61,618 bases of DNA from Spirochaetaceae bacterium (GCA_029210985.1 JARGFR010000001.1:1-61618); one strand, 5' to 3'; counted from the stretch's first letter, positions 37,697-47,281 are shown. Program-made: numbers and translations. The notes: a model not told the origin generated them from the letters alone.

Positions 37697-38676
37697 TTGA
37701 CGCGGGACTGGACGAAGCGGCGCTTGGTCCGCGTCTTGGGCCCTTCTGTACGGCTTTGGTCTGTGTTCACAGTCCCGAGACGTCCGCGGAAGAGACAAAC
37801 CTCTACACTCTTTTTGACGGGGTTGTCTCCCGAGATGGAAAAACAAAAGGGCTGCCGGCGGTGGGAGACAGCAAGGTTCTCTACACACCCTCTGCGGGCT
37901 TGGAACGTCTGGAAACCGGTGTGTGCACTTTCCTCCATCTGGCCGGTTTACCGCTGCCCACGACGCTGCGCAGCCTGGCTGCGGCCCTCTGCCCGAGCGA
38001 AGACCTGACGGCCATGGACCGGGCGCCTTGGTTCGCGGAATCATCCACTCTTGTTCTCCCGCTTGAAGACAAGAGTCTTTCAAAAATCACCGGTTATGCC
38101 GAAAACGTCGCAGCCAGGGCTAAGGAAATCGGCATCGTTTTCGATCTTCCCTCCGCCCGACTCATCACCGCCAAGAGTTTCAACGAATCCATCGAGAAAT
38201 TGGGCGGGAAAGGAAGGGCGGTACGGGAGATTATTTCATCCCTGATGAATTACGCCTTCGCCGCGCATGACAGGACGACGGGAGCCGCAGGTTCTTCGCC
38301 CTCGTCCTTACGTCTCACCGTCGACCGGCAGGGGGGACGACGATATTACGGCGAATGGCTTGCCGAACTCTTGCCTGGAGAACCGATCCGGGCCTTCGAG
38401 GAAGGACCGACTTCATCGAAGTACGGTGTGAAGGACAAAGAAATCAATTTCATGGTGGGCGCCGACGGTTCATGCATGGAAGTGGCCCTGGCGTCGATGA
38501 CGGCGAAGTATCTTCGGGAATCGGCCATGAGGGTCTTCAACCGATGGTGGGCCGATCGGGTTGACGGAATTCGTCCCACCGCAGGGTATCCCCGGGATGC
38601 CAATCGCTTCATCGCCGACTTGGATGCCGCCGGAGTGCTGCCTGAAAAACGCGCCGATCTAATCCGGCTGCTCTGA
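37693..38676 (+). CDS. RNase HII-like protein
   Basis: GLDEAALGP.LGP, VGDSK, VDRQGGR, GADG...VALASMTAKYLRE, GYP.D. ATGA coupling to the previous gene. Confidence 0.75.
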   Translation: MIDAGLDEAALGPRLGPFCTALVCVHSPETSAEETNLYTLFDGVVSRDGKTKGLPAVGDSKVLYTPSAGLERLETGVCTFLHLAGLPLPTTLRSLAAALCPSEDLTAMDRAPWFAESSTLVLPLEDKSLSKITGYAENVAARAKEIGIVFDLPSARLITAKSFNESIEKLGGKGRAVREIISSLMNYAFAAHDRTTGAAGSSPSSLRLTVDRQGGRRYYGEWLAELLPGEPIRAFEEGPTSSKYGVKDKEINFMVGADGSCMEVALASMTAKYLRESAMRVFNRWWADRVDGIRPTAGYPRDANRFIADLDAAGVLPEKRADLIRLL

Positions 38677-38728
38677 TTGTTCATCCTGCCGAAGGAACCT
38701 GACTGCGGAGCCTGCCTCCGGCTATTCC

Positions 38729-38757
38729 TTGACCCTCCCGGCTTGAAGTCCTAAATT
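38729..38757 (+). promoter_or_regulatory. Sigma70-type promoter of rlmN
   Basis: TTGACC-17 nt-TAAATT. Confidence 0.6.
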
Positions 38758-38796
38758 CCGCAGGTGGCTTCAGCCGCCGCGCCCCCGGAGGTCAGT

Positions 38797-39831
38797 ATGT
38801 CGAAATCAAACAAAGAACTTTTATTTGGAAAGACTCTGGGCGAGCTCAAATACGTGACGGACAATCTCGGACTGCCCACCTTCGCCGCCGGACAAATCGC
38901 CGAATGGCTCTACAGGCATCGTGTTTCTTCCTTCGACGACATGACCAATCTCTCCAAGACCGCCCGGAACGCCATCTCCGAGGCGTACGACATCGGCATC
39001 GCCCCGCCCCTCTCTTTCTCCGAATCGACGGACGGCACAAAGAAGTACCTCTATCGGACCGGAGACCGCTCGGTGGAAACCGCGTGGATTCCCGACGCCA
39101 AACGCGGCACTCTCTGTGTCTCCACCCAGGTGGGATGCCGACGGGGGTGCCGGTTTTGCATGACCGCCAGGCAGGGCTTTCAGGGGAATCTCAGCGCCGG
39201 TCAGATACTGAATCAGTACCGTTCCCTTCCGGAAGCCTCGGAGGTGACTCATTTCGTCTTCATGGGCATGGGCGAACCCCTGGACAATCTCGACGCCGTC
39301 ATCGCCTCGTTGGAAATCCTGACCTCGGAATGGGGATTTGGATTCAGCCCCAAAAAAGTGACGGTTTCCACCATCGGCATTCTCGACGGACTGGAACGGC
39401 TTCTGGAAGCCACCGAATGCCGCTTGGCTCTGAGCCTCCATTCCCCCTACCCCGACGAGAGAGCCGAACTCATTCCCTACGAGCGGCGATATCCGATGAT
39501 AGATGTGCTGGAACTCTTCCGGAGATCCAATCTGGGCAAGAGACGGCTGACGGTGGAGTATCTGATGCTGGACGGGCAGAACGACACACCCCGACATTCG
39601 GCCCAGCTGGCCCGGATTCTTGAGGGCCTGGGAGCCCGGGTGAACCTGATTCCCTACCATCCCATTCCGGATTTCGAGGGTCGTCCGAGTCCGCCGAAAC
39701 GCATTGAATCCTTTCGCGACGATCTGAACCGCCGGGGCATCACCGCCACCATCCGCCGCAGCCGAGGGCTGGATATCGACGCGGCCTGCGGACTCCTCTC
39801 TACAAAACGCCCGGCGAATTCGACGCCTTAG
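38797..39831 (+). CDS. rlmN: 23S rRNA m2A2503 radical-SAM methyltransferase
   Basis: CVSTQVGCRRGCRFC, FMGMGEP, SLH, NLIPY, RGLDIDAACG. Confidence 0.95.
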   Translation: MSKSNKELLFGKTLGELKYVTDNLGLPTFAAGQIAEWLYRHRVSSFDDMTNLSKTARNAISEAYDIGIAPPLSFSESTDGTKKYLYRTGDRSVETAWIPDAKRGTLCVSTQVGCRRGCRFCMTARQGFQGNLSAGQILNQYRSLPEASEVTHFVFMGMGEPLDNLDAVIASLEILTSEWGFGFSPKKVTVSTIGILDGLERLLEATECRLALSLHSPYPDERAELIPYERRYPMIDVLELFRRSNLGKRRLTVEYLMLDGQNDTPRHSAQLARILEGLGARVNLIPYHPIPDFEGRPSPPKRIESFRDDLNRRGITATIRRSRGLDIDAACGLLSTKRPANSTP

Positions 39832-39895
39832 GCGTGAATCGATCCTCTAAGACGGTCCAAATCGTCTATAATAGCAGAAGAACGGAGGAGCCCCG

Positions 39896-41644
39896 ATGAC
39901 CGTTAAAAACTCCTGGGACAGACTGGATCCCTACAGAGACGAATTCGTCAAAGGCGAATGGCCGACAATCACCGAACAGTTTCGACTGGCGGCGCACCTC
40001 TACCCTGAGGCACCGGCCTTTACCCAGTTTTCTCCCGAAGAAATCCGGATTCCTTACAAAGAAGCCCGAGATCATGTCATCCGCATCGCCTCATGGCTTG
40101 TGTCCCAAGGATTCAAGAAAGGAGACCGGGCGGTTCTCATCGGGAAAAATTCTCCCTGGTGGGCCATCTCTTATCTGTCCGTCCTGGAAGCCGGCGGCGT
40201 CATTGTTCCGCTGGATGTTCAGATGGAGGACAAAACCGCCGAACGACTCATCTCGTTCACCGAGGCTCAATTTTTATTCGCCGACGGAGACAAACATGAG
40301 GTTCTGGGGGGCAAAGGTTCCGGGGTTAAACATAAAGTGAGTCTGTCCCGGGATATCGGCCAGTTCCTTCTTGATCTCCCGGCGGGCAAGTCGGCGGATT
40401 TCGATCATGCAGAAGAAAACGATCTGGCGGCCATCCTGTTCACCTCGGGCACCACCGGACTCGAAAAGGGCGTGATGCTCACTCACAAGAATTTCATGAC
40501 CGATGTCTATCAAGCCTGCCATCCGGATTTTCTCCAGGCCGAGCAGTCCGATGTCTGGTATGCCCTGCTGCCCCTCCATCACAGCTACTGCATGACCGCG
40601 GTCTTCCTGGAGGGCATCACTCACGCCAGCGAAATTATCTTCGCCGGAGGCTTGTCGGTGGGTCAGATGATGAAAGACCTCGAACTTGGCGGCGTCACCA
40701 TCTTCATGGGCATTCCACTGCTGTATAACAAAATCCTCAAAGGAATGATGAAGCAAGTAAGGGCCAAGGGCTTGGTTTCCCACCTGCTGGTGGGTTTCCT
40801 GATGCGTATCAGCGGTCTGTTCAAGATGGTGTTTAAAGTGAATATCGGAAAGTGGATATTCGGAAATATCCTTCTGAAGAAGGCGAATTTGTACAATCTG
40901 AAATATCTGATTTCCGGTGGGGGACCTCTGGCGCCGGAAACCGTCAGACGCTATCAGGAACTGGGACTGGATTTCGTCCAGGGCTATGGAATGACCGAGA
41001 CAGCCCCGATTTCCACCCTGAATCCCGCCCATGCTTTCAAAATCAAGGCGGTGGGCAAGGTGTTCCCCCTCATTGAGATGTCCATCATCGATCCGGACGA
41101 GAACGGCATCGGCGAAGTGGCCGTGAAAGGCCCCATCTGCTGCCGTGGATATTGGAAGAACCCCGAGGCCACTTCGGAACTCTTCGATGACGACGGGTGG
41201 CTCCGCACAGGCGATCTGGGCTATCTGGACAAGGACAACTATCTCTACCTCACCGGCCGGAGCAAGAATCTGATTATTACCGAGGGCGGCAAGAACGTGT
41301 TCCCCGAGGAATTGGAAGACCATTTCCAGCTCTACCACGAGATTGAGCAGATTATGGTTCGGGGTTACATGGCCGATGAGGCCAGCCGATCCGAGGGAAT
41401 CGAGGCGGTTATATTCCCGAGCAAGGAACATTTTGACAGCCTGGGCATCTATGAAACCGAGGAAATTCATAAGGAAATCATCCAGGACGTCAAGGCGGTC
41501 AATCGAGAACTGCTGCCGTACAAGAGTATCAACCGGATCAGAATCGTCGAGGAAGCTCTGCCCATGACGTCCACCAGAAAAATCAAGCGGCCGGTTGTAA
41601 ACAACTTGATACCGAACACCTCTGAAGGCACCCACCCGGTATGA
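39896..41644 (+). CDS. Long-chain fatty-acid-CoA ligase (AMP-binding)
   Basis: FTSGTTGLEKG, LPLHH, QGYGMTE, WLRTGDLG, GRSKNLI. Confidence 0.92.
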   Translation: MTVKNSWDRLDPYRDEFVKGEWPTITEQFRLAAHLYPEAPAFTQFSPEEIRIPYKEARDHVIRIASWLVSQGFKKGDRAVLIGKNSPWWAISYLSVLEAGGVIVPLDVQMEDKTAERLISFTEAQFLFADGDKHEVLGGKGSGVKHKVSLSRDIGQFLLDLPAGKSADFDHAEENDLAAILFTSGTTGLEKGVMLTHKNFMTDVYQACHPDFLQAEQSDVWYALLPLHHSYCMTAVFLEGITHASEIIFAGGLSVGQMMKDLELGGVTIFMGIPLLYNKILKGMMKQVRAKGLVSHLLVGFLMRISGLFKMVFKVNIGKWIFGNILLKKANLYNLKYLISGGGPLAPETVRRYQELGLDFVQGYGMTETAPISTLNPAHAFKIKAVGKVFPLIEMSIIDPDENGIGEVAVKGPICCRGYWKNPEATSELFDDDGWLRTGDLGYLDKDNYLYLTGRSKNLIITEGGKNVFPEELEDHFQLYHEIEQIMVRGYMADEASRSEGIEAVIFPSKEHFDSLGIYETEEIHKEIIQDVKAVNRELLPYKSINRIRIVEEALPMTSTRKIKRPVVNNLIPNTSEGTHPV

Positions 41645-42420
41645 CCCGAGGTTTCAGACCGACCCTTCCGGCCGCCAGACCGTTTGAGATTCATCCCGAC
41701 GGTGCCGAAGCGGGCGTCCTGATGATACATGGGTATACGGGGCGTTCCGGAGACCTTCTCTACCTCGGTGAGAGACTGGCAAAAGAGGGCCTTGCCGTGT
41801 CGGCGCCCAGACTCCCCGGCGCCGGCACCGATATGAACGATCTGGCCGCCACAACCCGACACGACTGGCGCCGACGTTGTCTCGATGCCTGGCAGGATCT
41901 GCGTTCCCGATACGATACCCTCTATCTCGTCGGCTACTCCATGGGCGGCGTTCTGGCCCTGGATCTGGCGCGGAAAGTCATGGTGAACAAACTGGTTCTC
42001 CTGGCCCCGGCGCTCCGAACGACACATAAAACGCTGAATCTGCTGCCCCTTCTCGCTCCGTTCAGCCGAATCCTGCCGGAGGTGAAGACAAACTGGGAGC
42101 CCAAGGATGAGGACGATGAGGAAACACGGGAACACGGACGGCGCTACTGGAGCCGGCGGGATCTGAAGAGTGCCGCCCAGTTCTCCCGGCTCACCGCCGA
42201 AGGACGAAGACATCTGGAGAGAGTCATGGCTCCCGTCTTCACCGTTGTCTCTCTGGGAGACAAAACTGTTCCGACGAATGTTCTGGACCTTCTGGACCGA
42301 CGACTGCCGGCGGGACTGAGCAAATCTCTGGTTGTGAGCCGCTGCGGACACGATGTTCCCCAAGGCGCCGACAAGGAAGTAGTGGCCGACACCGTGACCG
42401 ATTGGCTGAAGTATGACTGA
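41641..42420 (+). CDS. Alpha/beta hydrolase (carboxylesterase/monoacylglycerol lipase-like)
   Basis: IHGYTG, GYSMGG nucleophile elbow, DKTV, CGHD. Confidence 0.88.
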   Translation: MTRGFRPTLPAARPFEIHPDGAEAGVLMIHGYTGRSGDLLYLGERLAKEGLAVSAPRLPGAGTDMNDLAATTRHDWRRRCLDAWQDLRSRYDTLYLVGYSMGGVLALDLARKVMVNKLVLLAPALRTTHKTLNLLPLLAPFSRILPEVKTNWEPKDEDDEETREHGRRYWSRRDLKSAAQFSRLTAEGRRHLERVMAPVFTVVSLGDKTVPTNVLDLLDRRLPAGLSKSLVVSRCGHDVPQGADKEVVADTVTDWLKYD

Positions 42421-42461
42421 GTCGGCTCAATATATGACCCTCACCCGCCGATAATCGGAAG

Positions 42462-43052
42462 GTGAACGAATCTCGAGCCGTATTGCGCGACCTAGCCATT
42501 GCCTTGGGCGTCCTCGCCCTGGTATTCGCAGGCCTCTTTGCCTGGGCTTTGCTGACCCCCGATATCCCCGACATCGTCAGCACCTTCGCCAATCCCTCGG
42601 TGCCCGTCGTACAAGCTCCCGAAGAACCGGAGGAAGAGATTGTTCGATATGTCGTTGAAAGCCATACCGTCGTAGGCGGAGAATCTTTCTCGCTCATCAC
42701 AGGGATGTATTGGGATGATATTTTCCTGTGGCCCGATCTCTACGTTCACAATGACATGAAATCCGGGGATCCGGATCTGATCTATCCCGACGAAATCATC
42801 GACATCTACAATCGCCTGGGCAAAGGTGACGAGTACACAGATGCGGAGCGGGAGCTCCTCCTGGAGGCCTACATCCAAGTCTACGACCGCTTCAAGGCCA
42901 TCGGTCCGGAGAAAAACGGTTCGGCATGGACACTTCTGTGGTGCGGAGCAAAGTACGACCATACATTCCTGGATAAATACGCCCATCGAATCGATCCTCA
43001 AGACCTCGCGGCAGCCCGGCGCTACATCGAAGAAGAGGGTTACCTGGATTAA
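42462..43052 (+). CDS. Membrane-anchored LysM-domain protein
   Basis: N-terminal TM. HTVVGGESFSLIT..YW....LWP.LY..N.....PDLIYPD. Confidence 0.75.
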   Translation: MNESRAVLRDLAIALGVLALVFAGLFAWALLTPDIPDIVSTFANPSVPVVQAPEEPEEEIVRYVVESHTVVGGESFSLITGMYWDDIFLWPDLYVHNDMKSGDPDLIYPDEIIDIYNRLGKGDEYTDAERELLLEAYIQVYDRFKAIGPEKNGSAWTLLWCGAKYDHTFLDKYAHRIDPQDLAAARRYIEEEGYLD

Positions 43053-43753
43053 ACCTCGCCCGCCGAAAGAAACGGCGCGGGACACTTGATATCAATATCG
43101 CCTCCCGGACCGTTGATTCGGGGCACACGCAGCCCCTCGGCATGAAGCATCAGCCGGGACGCGGCGCCCTGTATGTCCTCCGGAGCATAGAGACGGTCTC
43201 CGAGAATTGGGGCTCCGCAAACCGACATGGCCAGTCGAAGCTGATGGGTCCGGCCGGTGAGAGGACGAAGCTCCAGCACCGAATATCCGGCTTTCCGATT
43301 CATATCGGTCAGGCCTGCCGAAACGGCGAAATCAGTCAGGTTTTTCCAGCATGTCACGGCTTCTTTTCCTCTCTGTGAATCCACCACCTGAATCGGTCGA
43401 TGATCCGGATCCAGCCGCTGGCGCAGAACGATGGTGTCGCCCGAGAAAATGACCCCGGAAAGCTCAAGATCTCCGGGAACAAAGGCCGTGACGGCGAGGT
43501 AACGCTTCTCCGCCTCCCGGGCGGCGAATATTCGGGAGTATCCCCGATGTGCTGCGGGGTTTTTGGCCAGGAGCATCACCCCGGAGGTGGCTTGGTCGAG
43601 TCGGTGGCACTCCCGTATCCAGCTGCAGAGCTCCGCCGCCCTGGCCGTGACGCAGTCGGTTTTCTCCGGACCACGGCCCGGAACCGAAAGCAGACCCGCC
43701 GGCTTGTTCACCGCCAAGCAGTCCTCATCCTCGTAGAGTACTTCTAACTCCAC
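43049..43753 (-). CDS. RluA-family pseudouridine synthase
   Basis: NKPAGLLSVPG, HRLDQATSG, TGRTHQLR, PILGDRLY. Confidence 0.93.
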   Translation of the reverse strand: MELEVLYEDEDCLAVNKPAGLLSVPGRGPEKTDCVTARAAELCSWIRECHRLDQATSGVMLLAKNPAAHRGYSRIFAAREAEKRYLAVTAFVPGDLELSGVIFSGDTIVLRQRLDPDHRPIQVVDSQRGKEAVTCWKNLTDFAVSAGLTDMNRKAGYSVLELRPLTGRTHQLRLAMSVCGAPILGDRLYAPEDIQGAASRLMLHAEGLRVPRINGPGGDIDIKCPAPFLSAGEV

Positions 43754-44427
43754 GGGTTTTTAAGAAGTGTCCAGGCCCAGAGAGCCCAGGGAATAAGTGC
43801 CGTCGGAACGGCCCAGGGCCAGCCTCGGCCGGTGCGGTTTGAAGGGGAATCCTCGGTGCTTGTCTCGGTGCTTGTCTCGGCGCTCGTCTCGTCCTCTCGA
43901 CGGCCATCCCCGAAATCCGCCAGCCGCGGATCGAAACGCTCCAGCAGCAACTCGTCCAGGCTGCCGAAGAAATCCTTGCGCGAGAGACGCCTTCTTCCCT
44001 CCAATACCGCATCGAAATGGTAAAATGTTCGTCCCAGCAGTCCGCCCAGCCTGCCGGGAAGCTCCAATTCCGGCCGTACGGCGGCCACTGAAAGGAAGAC
44101 CATCCCCACCAAGGTGAATCCCCGGATCAAGCCATTTTCCAATGCACCCAGGGTAATCGGAAGAGGTCCGATGGTCATCAGAACCCGCCCCCAGGGAGCC
44201 AGGAGATGAAAAAATGTCACGGAGAGAACCAGGATAATAAAATATCCCCATCTCATCTTTTTCCCCGCCAGCACCGCCAAGACAGCGAACAGCAGCACAA
44301 GAAGGCCTTTGGGTACCAACTCGCCGAGCATCAGATACGGCGGCAGCATGGCCATGCCGGCGGCGAACCGGGGTCCGGCGGAAACGTAGCGTCCGAGATA
44401 ATCCGTTCGCTTGCGGCGGGAGGTCAT
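43744..44427 (-). CDS. Membrane protein, probable truncated ECF T-component-like
   Basis: Hydrophobic. PWGRVL..GPLPITLGAL.NG..RG resembles the EcfT N-terminal half. ATGA coupling to the Gx transporter gene. Confidence 0.5.
   Translation of the reverse strand: MTSRRKRTDYLGRYVSAGPRFAAGMAMLPPYLMLGELVPKGLLVLLFAVLAVLAGKKMRWGYFIILVLSVTFFHLLAPWGRVLMTIGPLPITLGALENGLIRGFTLVGMVFLSVAAVRPELELPGRLGGLLGRTFYHFDAVLEGRRRLSRKDFFGSLDELLLERFDPRLADFGDGRREDETSAETSTETSTEDSPSNRTGRGWPWAVPTALIPWALWAWTLLKNPWS
43852..43891. repeat. In-frame 12 bp tandem repeat, 3 copies
   Basis: ctcggtgcttgt ctcggtgcttgt ctcggcgctcgt, encoding ETSA/ETST on the minus strand. Confidence 0.85.
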
Positions 44428-44957
44428 AGTCCGCGGTACCGTACTTCCAGGGCTTCCAGCCACCTGGACACTTTGACAAAACGCACGGCAAATAGGCCGA
44501 TCACCAGTCCCGTGGCCAGCCCCGACCCCAGGGAGAGGGGTGCGATGAGCCTTGCCGTCGGACCGAAGACGAACGTCACGGCCAATAACACCTGAACAAT
44601 CGAGCTGGCCAGGGCTCCGGACAGGGAAACCCCCACCAGACTCACTTTCGTTTTTCCCAGGCGGTAGACGGCGCTCATCGTCGCCAGAGAGGCCGCCGAT
44701 CCGGCAAGAGAAAAGAGAAAGACATAGGATGCAAGGGTTCCGTTCACCAGCCCCTGTCCGAGAACCTTCAGGAGAAGCACAAGAAGAAGATCCGTCGGAC
44801 GGAGGAAACGAAGTCCCAGCAGCAGAGGAAGATTGGCCAGGCCGAGGCGGAAGAAGGGAAGAGGCTTGGGAATCAGGTATTCAACAGCCGAGAGAAAGAG
44901 ACATAGAGCACCGAGGAAGGAGACTATTTCCAGTCTATCCTTGTGGTTAGAAGACAC
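44424..44957 (-). CDS. Gx transporter family (heptaprenyl-PP synthase component I-like; EetB-like)
   Basis: EYLIPKPLPFFRLGLAN, FSLAG, SLVGVSLSGA. Confidence 0.85.
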   Translation of the reverse strand: MSSNHKDRLEIVSFLGALCLFLSAVEYLIPKPLPFFRLGLANLPLLLGLRFLRPTDLLLVLLLKVLGQGLVNGTLASYVFLFSLAGSAASLATMSAVYRLGKTKVSLVGVSLSGALASSIVQVLLAVTFVFGPTARLIAPLSLGSGLATGLVIGLFAVRFVKVSRWLEALEVRYRGL

Positions 44958-45321
44958 CGGAGTCCACCTCGTCTCCCGTCGGTGATTCGGCTACGATTCT
45001 GACAAAAACTCTATTAGGCAGGCACGCGATCCATTGGGAGGGTTCTTGAATCCTTCCCATCGCAATACAGATTTTATCCCGACAGTCCGAATGGGTAATC
45101 CGCGCCGTTCCGTCGGAAATTTCGACATGAGTTTCTCCCACCGGCCCTTCCAGCACCAACTCACCGTCCTGGGCCAGCGGTAAAAGATACAGTTCTCCGG
45201 AAGCTTCAATTTCAGCTCGGAGGACGCCGTCTTTGCCCCCGGAGGACCATAATATCGACTCGACGATGGTGGCAAGGAAGAGGAGAAAGATGACGTAATC
45301 CAGAAGACGCATGGACCGCAT
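44947..45321 (-). CDS. NusG domain II (DUF1312; EetA-like) membrane-anchored protein
   Basis: N-terminal TM. GPVGET.VEI, SDCRDKIC..MG, WIACLPNRV. Confidence 0.85.
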   Translation of the reverse strand: MRSMRLLDYVIFLLFLATIVESILWSSGGKDGVLRAEIEASGELYLLPLAQDGELVLEGPVGETHVEISDGTARITHSDCRDKICIAMGRIQEPSQWIACLPNRVFVRIVAESPTGDEVDSGVF

Positions 45322-45460
45322 GGGCCGCCATTTTAACCGCACCGGAGCTCTTTTACCAAGAAACGAGATGAGATATCTCGTGCGAAGCGTCAGTTTTTTT
45401 ACCAGAATGGGTGTAATATTTTGGAGCGGCGGGAGGAAGCCCCTACCCGCCAGGAGGTAA

Positions 45461-45991
45461 ATGATGAAAAAACTCTTAATTCTGGCTCTATTGTGCGCGG
45501 CCGTCACAGGCTTCGCGGCGGCAGGCGGTCTGGTATTTCATGCTGGTGCCGGATATCACTCTTCCTTCATAGGAGAAGCCCCAAGCAACCTGGACACCGG
45601 CTCGTCTCAATTGAAAACCATGCCTCTGGGTGTGGGCGGATATGCCGGTTTGGGATATGGCTTCGGCAAGAAGCGCCTGAGTCTCGGGGGAGAATTCGCT
45701 CCCAGCTGGGACTTGTCACTCGCTCCGTCGGTGTCCAATTTCGGTTACCAGATCAGAGGTTTTGCGAGGTTCAAACCCTTGGACATGTTAACCGCCACCG
45801 GTTTTGTCGGATGGTCCGGAAACCAATTCATGGGTGCCGATCTAAACAATTGGAAGGATAACGGCAGCGCCGTCATCGGCGGTCGTATCACTCTGCTGTT
45901 CCTGTATGCCGAGTACGATGTTGTCATGCCTTGGGATTTCTCCGAAGTCATGAAGCACGAGGTTGGTCTCGGATTCGCCATCTTCAAGTAA
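45461..45991 (+). CDS. Predicted small outer-membrane beta-barrel protein
   Basis: Signal peptide, Gly/aromatic alternating strands, C-terminal VGLGFAIFK. RBS aggagg preceded by a 5' hairpin. Confidence 0.65.
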   Translation: MMKKLLILALLCAAVTGFAAAGGLVFHAGAGYHSSFIGEAPSNLDTGSSQLKTMPLGVGGYAGLGYGFGKKRLSLGGEFAPSWDLSLAPSVSNFGYQIRGFARFKPLDMLTATGFVGWSGNQFMGADLNNWKDNGSAVIGGRITLLFLYAEYDVVMPWDFSEVMKHEVGLGFAIFK

Positions 45992-46027
45992 AAAAAAGCC
46001 CGGCAGGAAGCTCCTGTCGGGCTTTTT
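45991..46027. terminator. Bidirectional intrinsic terminator
   Basis: A-run, gcccggcagga-agc-tcctgtcgggc, T-run, between convergent genes. Confidence 0.85.
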
Positions 46028-46062
46028 GACGGCAATCAAACGGTTTGAGACGTCCCGGGGAT

Positions 46063-47085
46063 TTACCGTTTGGCCGGGAGAAGTCCTGCCGTTGTTTCTC
46101 GTTCAATCAGAACCGTATCGATGATACGATGATCCGCAACCCCTTCCACGCCGGTGATGGCGTCGATCAGCAGGGAGGCCGCATTTCCCCCCAGATCAGC
46201 CGGTCTGACATCGACGGATGTGAGAGTCGGATTCTGATATTTTCCACGAAGAGTGTTGTTGAATCCCACCACCGGAATGTTGGAAGAGTTGGTTCCGGAG
46301 AGTGCATCAAGGACACCGAAGGCAATATAATCGTCGGTTGTCACCACCGAGTCCGGTTGTTCATGGAGAAGCAGATTTTCCATAGTGGACTTTCCAACCG
46401 CCTCACTGAAATCCGATCCCAAACCCACCAACGCCGGATTGAAACCTATGCCCCGCATCGTCAAGGCTTGTTTGTATCCGTTGAGCCGATCCCGGGTGAC
46501 ACTGAAAGTTTCCGGACCGCCGACAAAAGCCGGCCTCCTGTTTCCGCGGTCAATGAGCAGATTTACAACGTCGTAGACTGCGTGAAAATTATCGTTATCC
46601 ACCCATAGTGTCGAATCGGCATTGTCCGGACGGCCGACAACGACAAACGGGAAGTCCTTATCACGCAGATACGACATGCAGCGGTCGTTCTCCCGACTGA
46701 CCAGAAGGATGATGCCGTCCACCCACCGGCTCTTGATATAATTGCGAATAAAACCGACTTCTTCCTCTTCGTTGTTCGAAAAGGAAAACATGATGTTATA
46801 GCCCCTTGCTTGAGCCTCAACGCCGATACCCCGCATGGCTTCGATGAAGAAAGGATTCGTGAAGAGGTTTTCGCTGGAATTGGGGAGAATCAGGCCAAGG
46901 TTCCCCGTTGAAGCCTTGGCCAGCCCCCTGGCCAGAGCATTGGGATAGTACCGAAGACGATCCATTAATTCACGAACACGCGCCTTCGTCTCATCGCTGA
47001 TACGGGGATTATCGTGGATCACCCTGGAAACCGTGGATGTGGAGACTCCGGCTTCACGGGCAACATCATTGATTGTGACGCGCAT
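46063..47085 (-). CDS. LacI-family transcriptional regulator
   Basis: TINDVAREAGVSTSTVSRV, YYPNALARGL, VVGFNN, LTSVD. Confidence 0.95.
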   Translation of the reverse strand: MRVTINDVAREAGVSTSTVSRVIHDNPRISDETKARVRELMDRLRYYPNALARGLAKASTGNLGLILPNSSENLFTNPFFIEAMRGIGVEAQARGYNIMFSFSNNEEEEVGFIRNYIKSRWVDGIILLVSRENDRCMSYLRDKDFPFVVVGRPDNADSTLWVDNDNFHAVYDVVNLLIDRGNRRPAFVGGPETFSVTRDRLNGYKQALTMRGIGFNPALVGLGSDFSEAVGKSTMENLLLHEQPDSVVTTDDYIAFGVLDALSGTNSSNIPVVGFNNTLRGKYQNPTLTSVDVRPADLGGNAASLLIDAITGVEGVADHRIIDTVLIERETTAGLLPAKR

Positions 47086-47158
47086 AATTTCTTACAGCTC
47101 CCTGTCTCATCGACTGCCATATATTAGCGGCTATTGCGCGGGTGTGACCACCATAAAG

Positions 47159-47173
47159 GCAAGCGGTTGCACA
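47159..47173. promoter_or_regulatory. LacI-type operator 1
   Basis: gcaagcggttgcaca, a CG-centred imperfect palindrome resembling operator 2. Confidence 0.6.
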
Positions 47174-47241
47174 TATTGTTTGCCCAAAACCAGACTTGGT
47201 CAAGTTTTCCGTCGATAGAACCTACTCAAATCATCGTAATA

Positions 47242-47281
47242 TGTGCAGGCGCTTGCACAATAACCGCCGCCGGGATATGCT
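47242..47281 (+). promoter_or_regulatory. LacI-type operator 2 overlapping the -35 of the sugar ABC promoter
   Basis: Palindrome tgtgcaggcgcttgcaca (47242-47259). TTGCAC-17 nt-TATGCT. Confidence 0.72.

Noticed and set aside
45425-45456. Possible riboswitch or SRP RNA before the beta-barrel gene
   Set aside because: It is only a single short hairpin before the RBS, with no recognisable conserved aptamer or SRP core.
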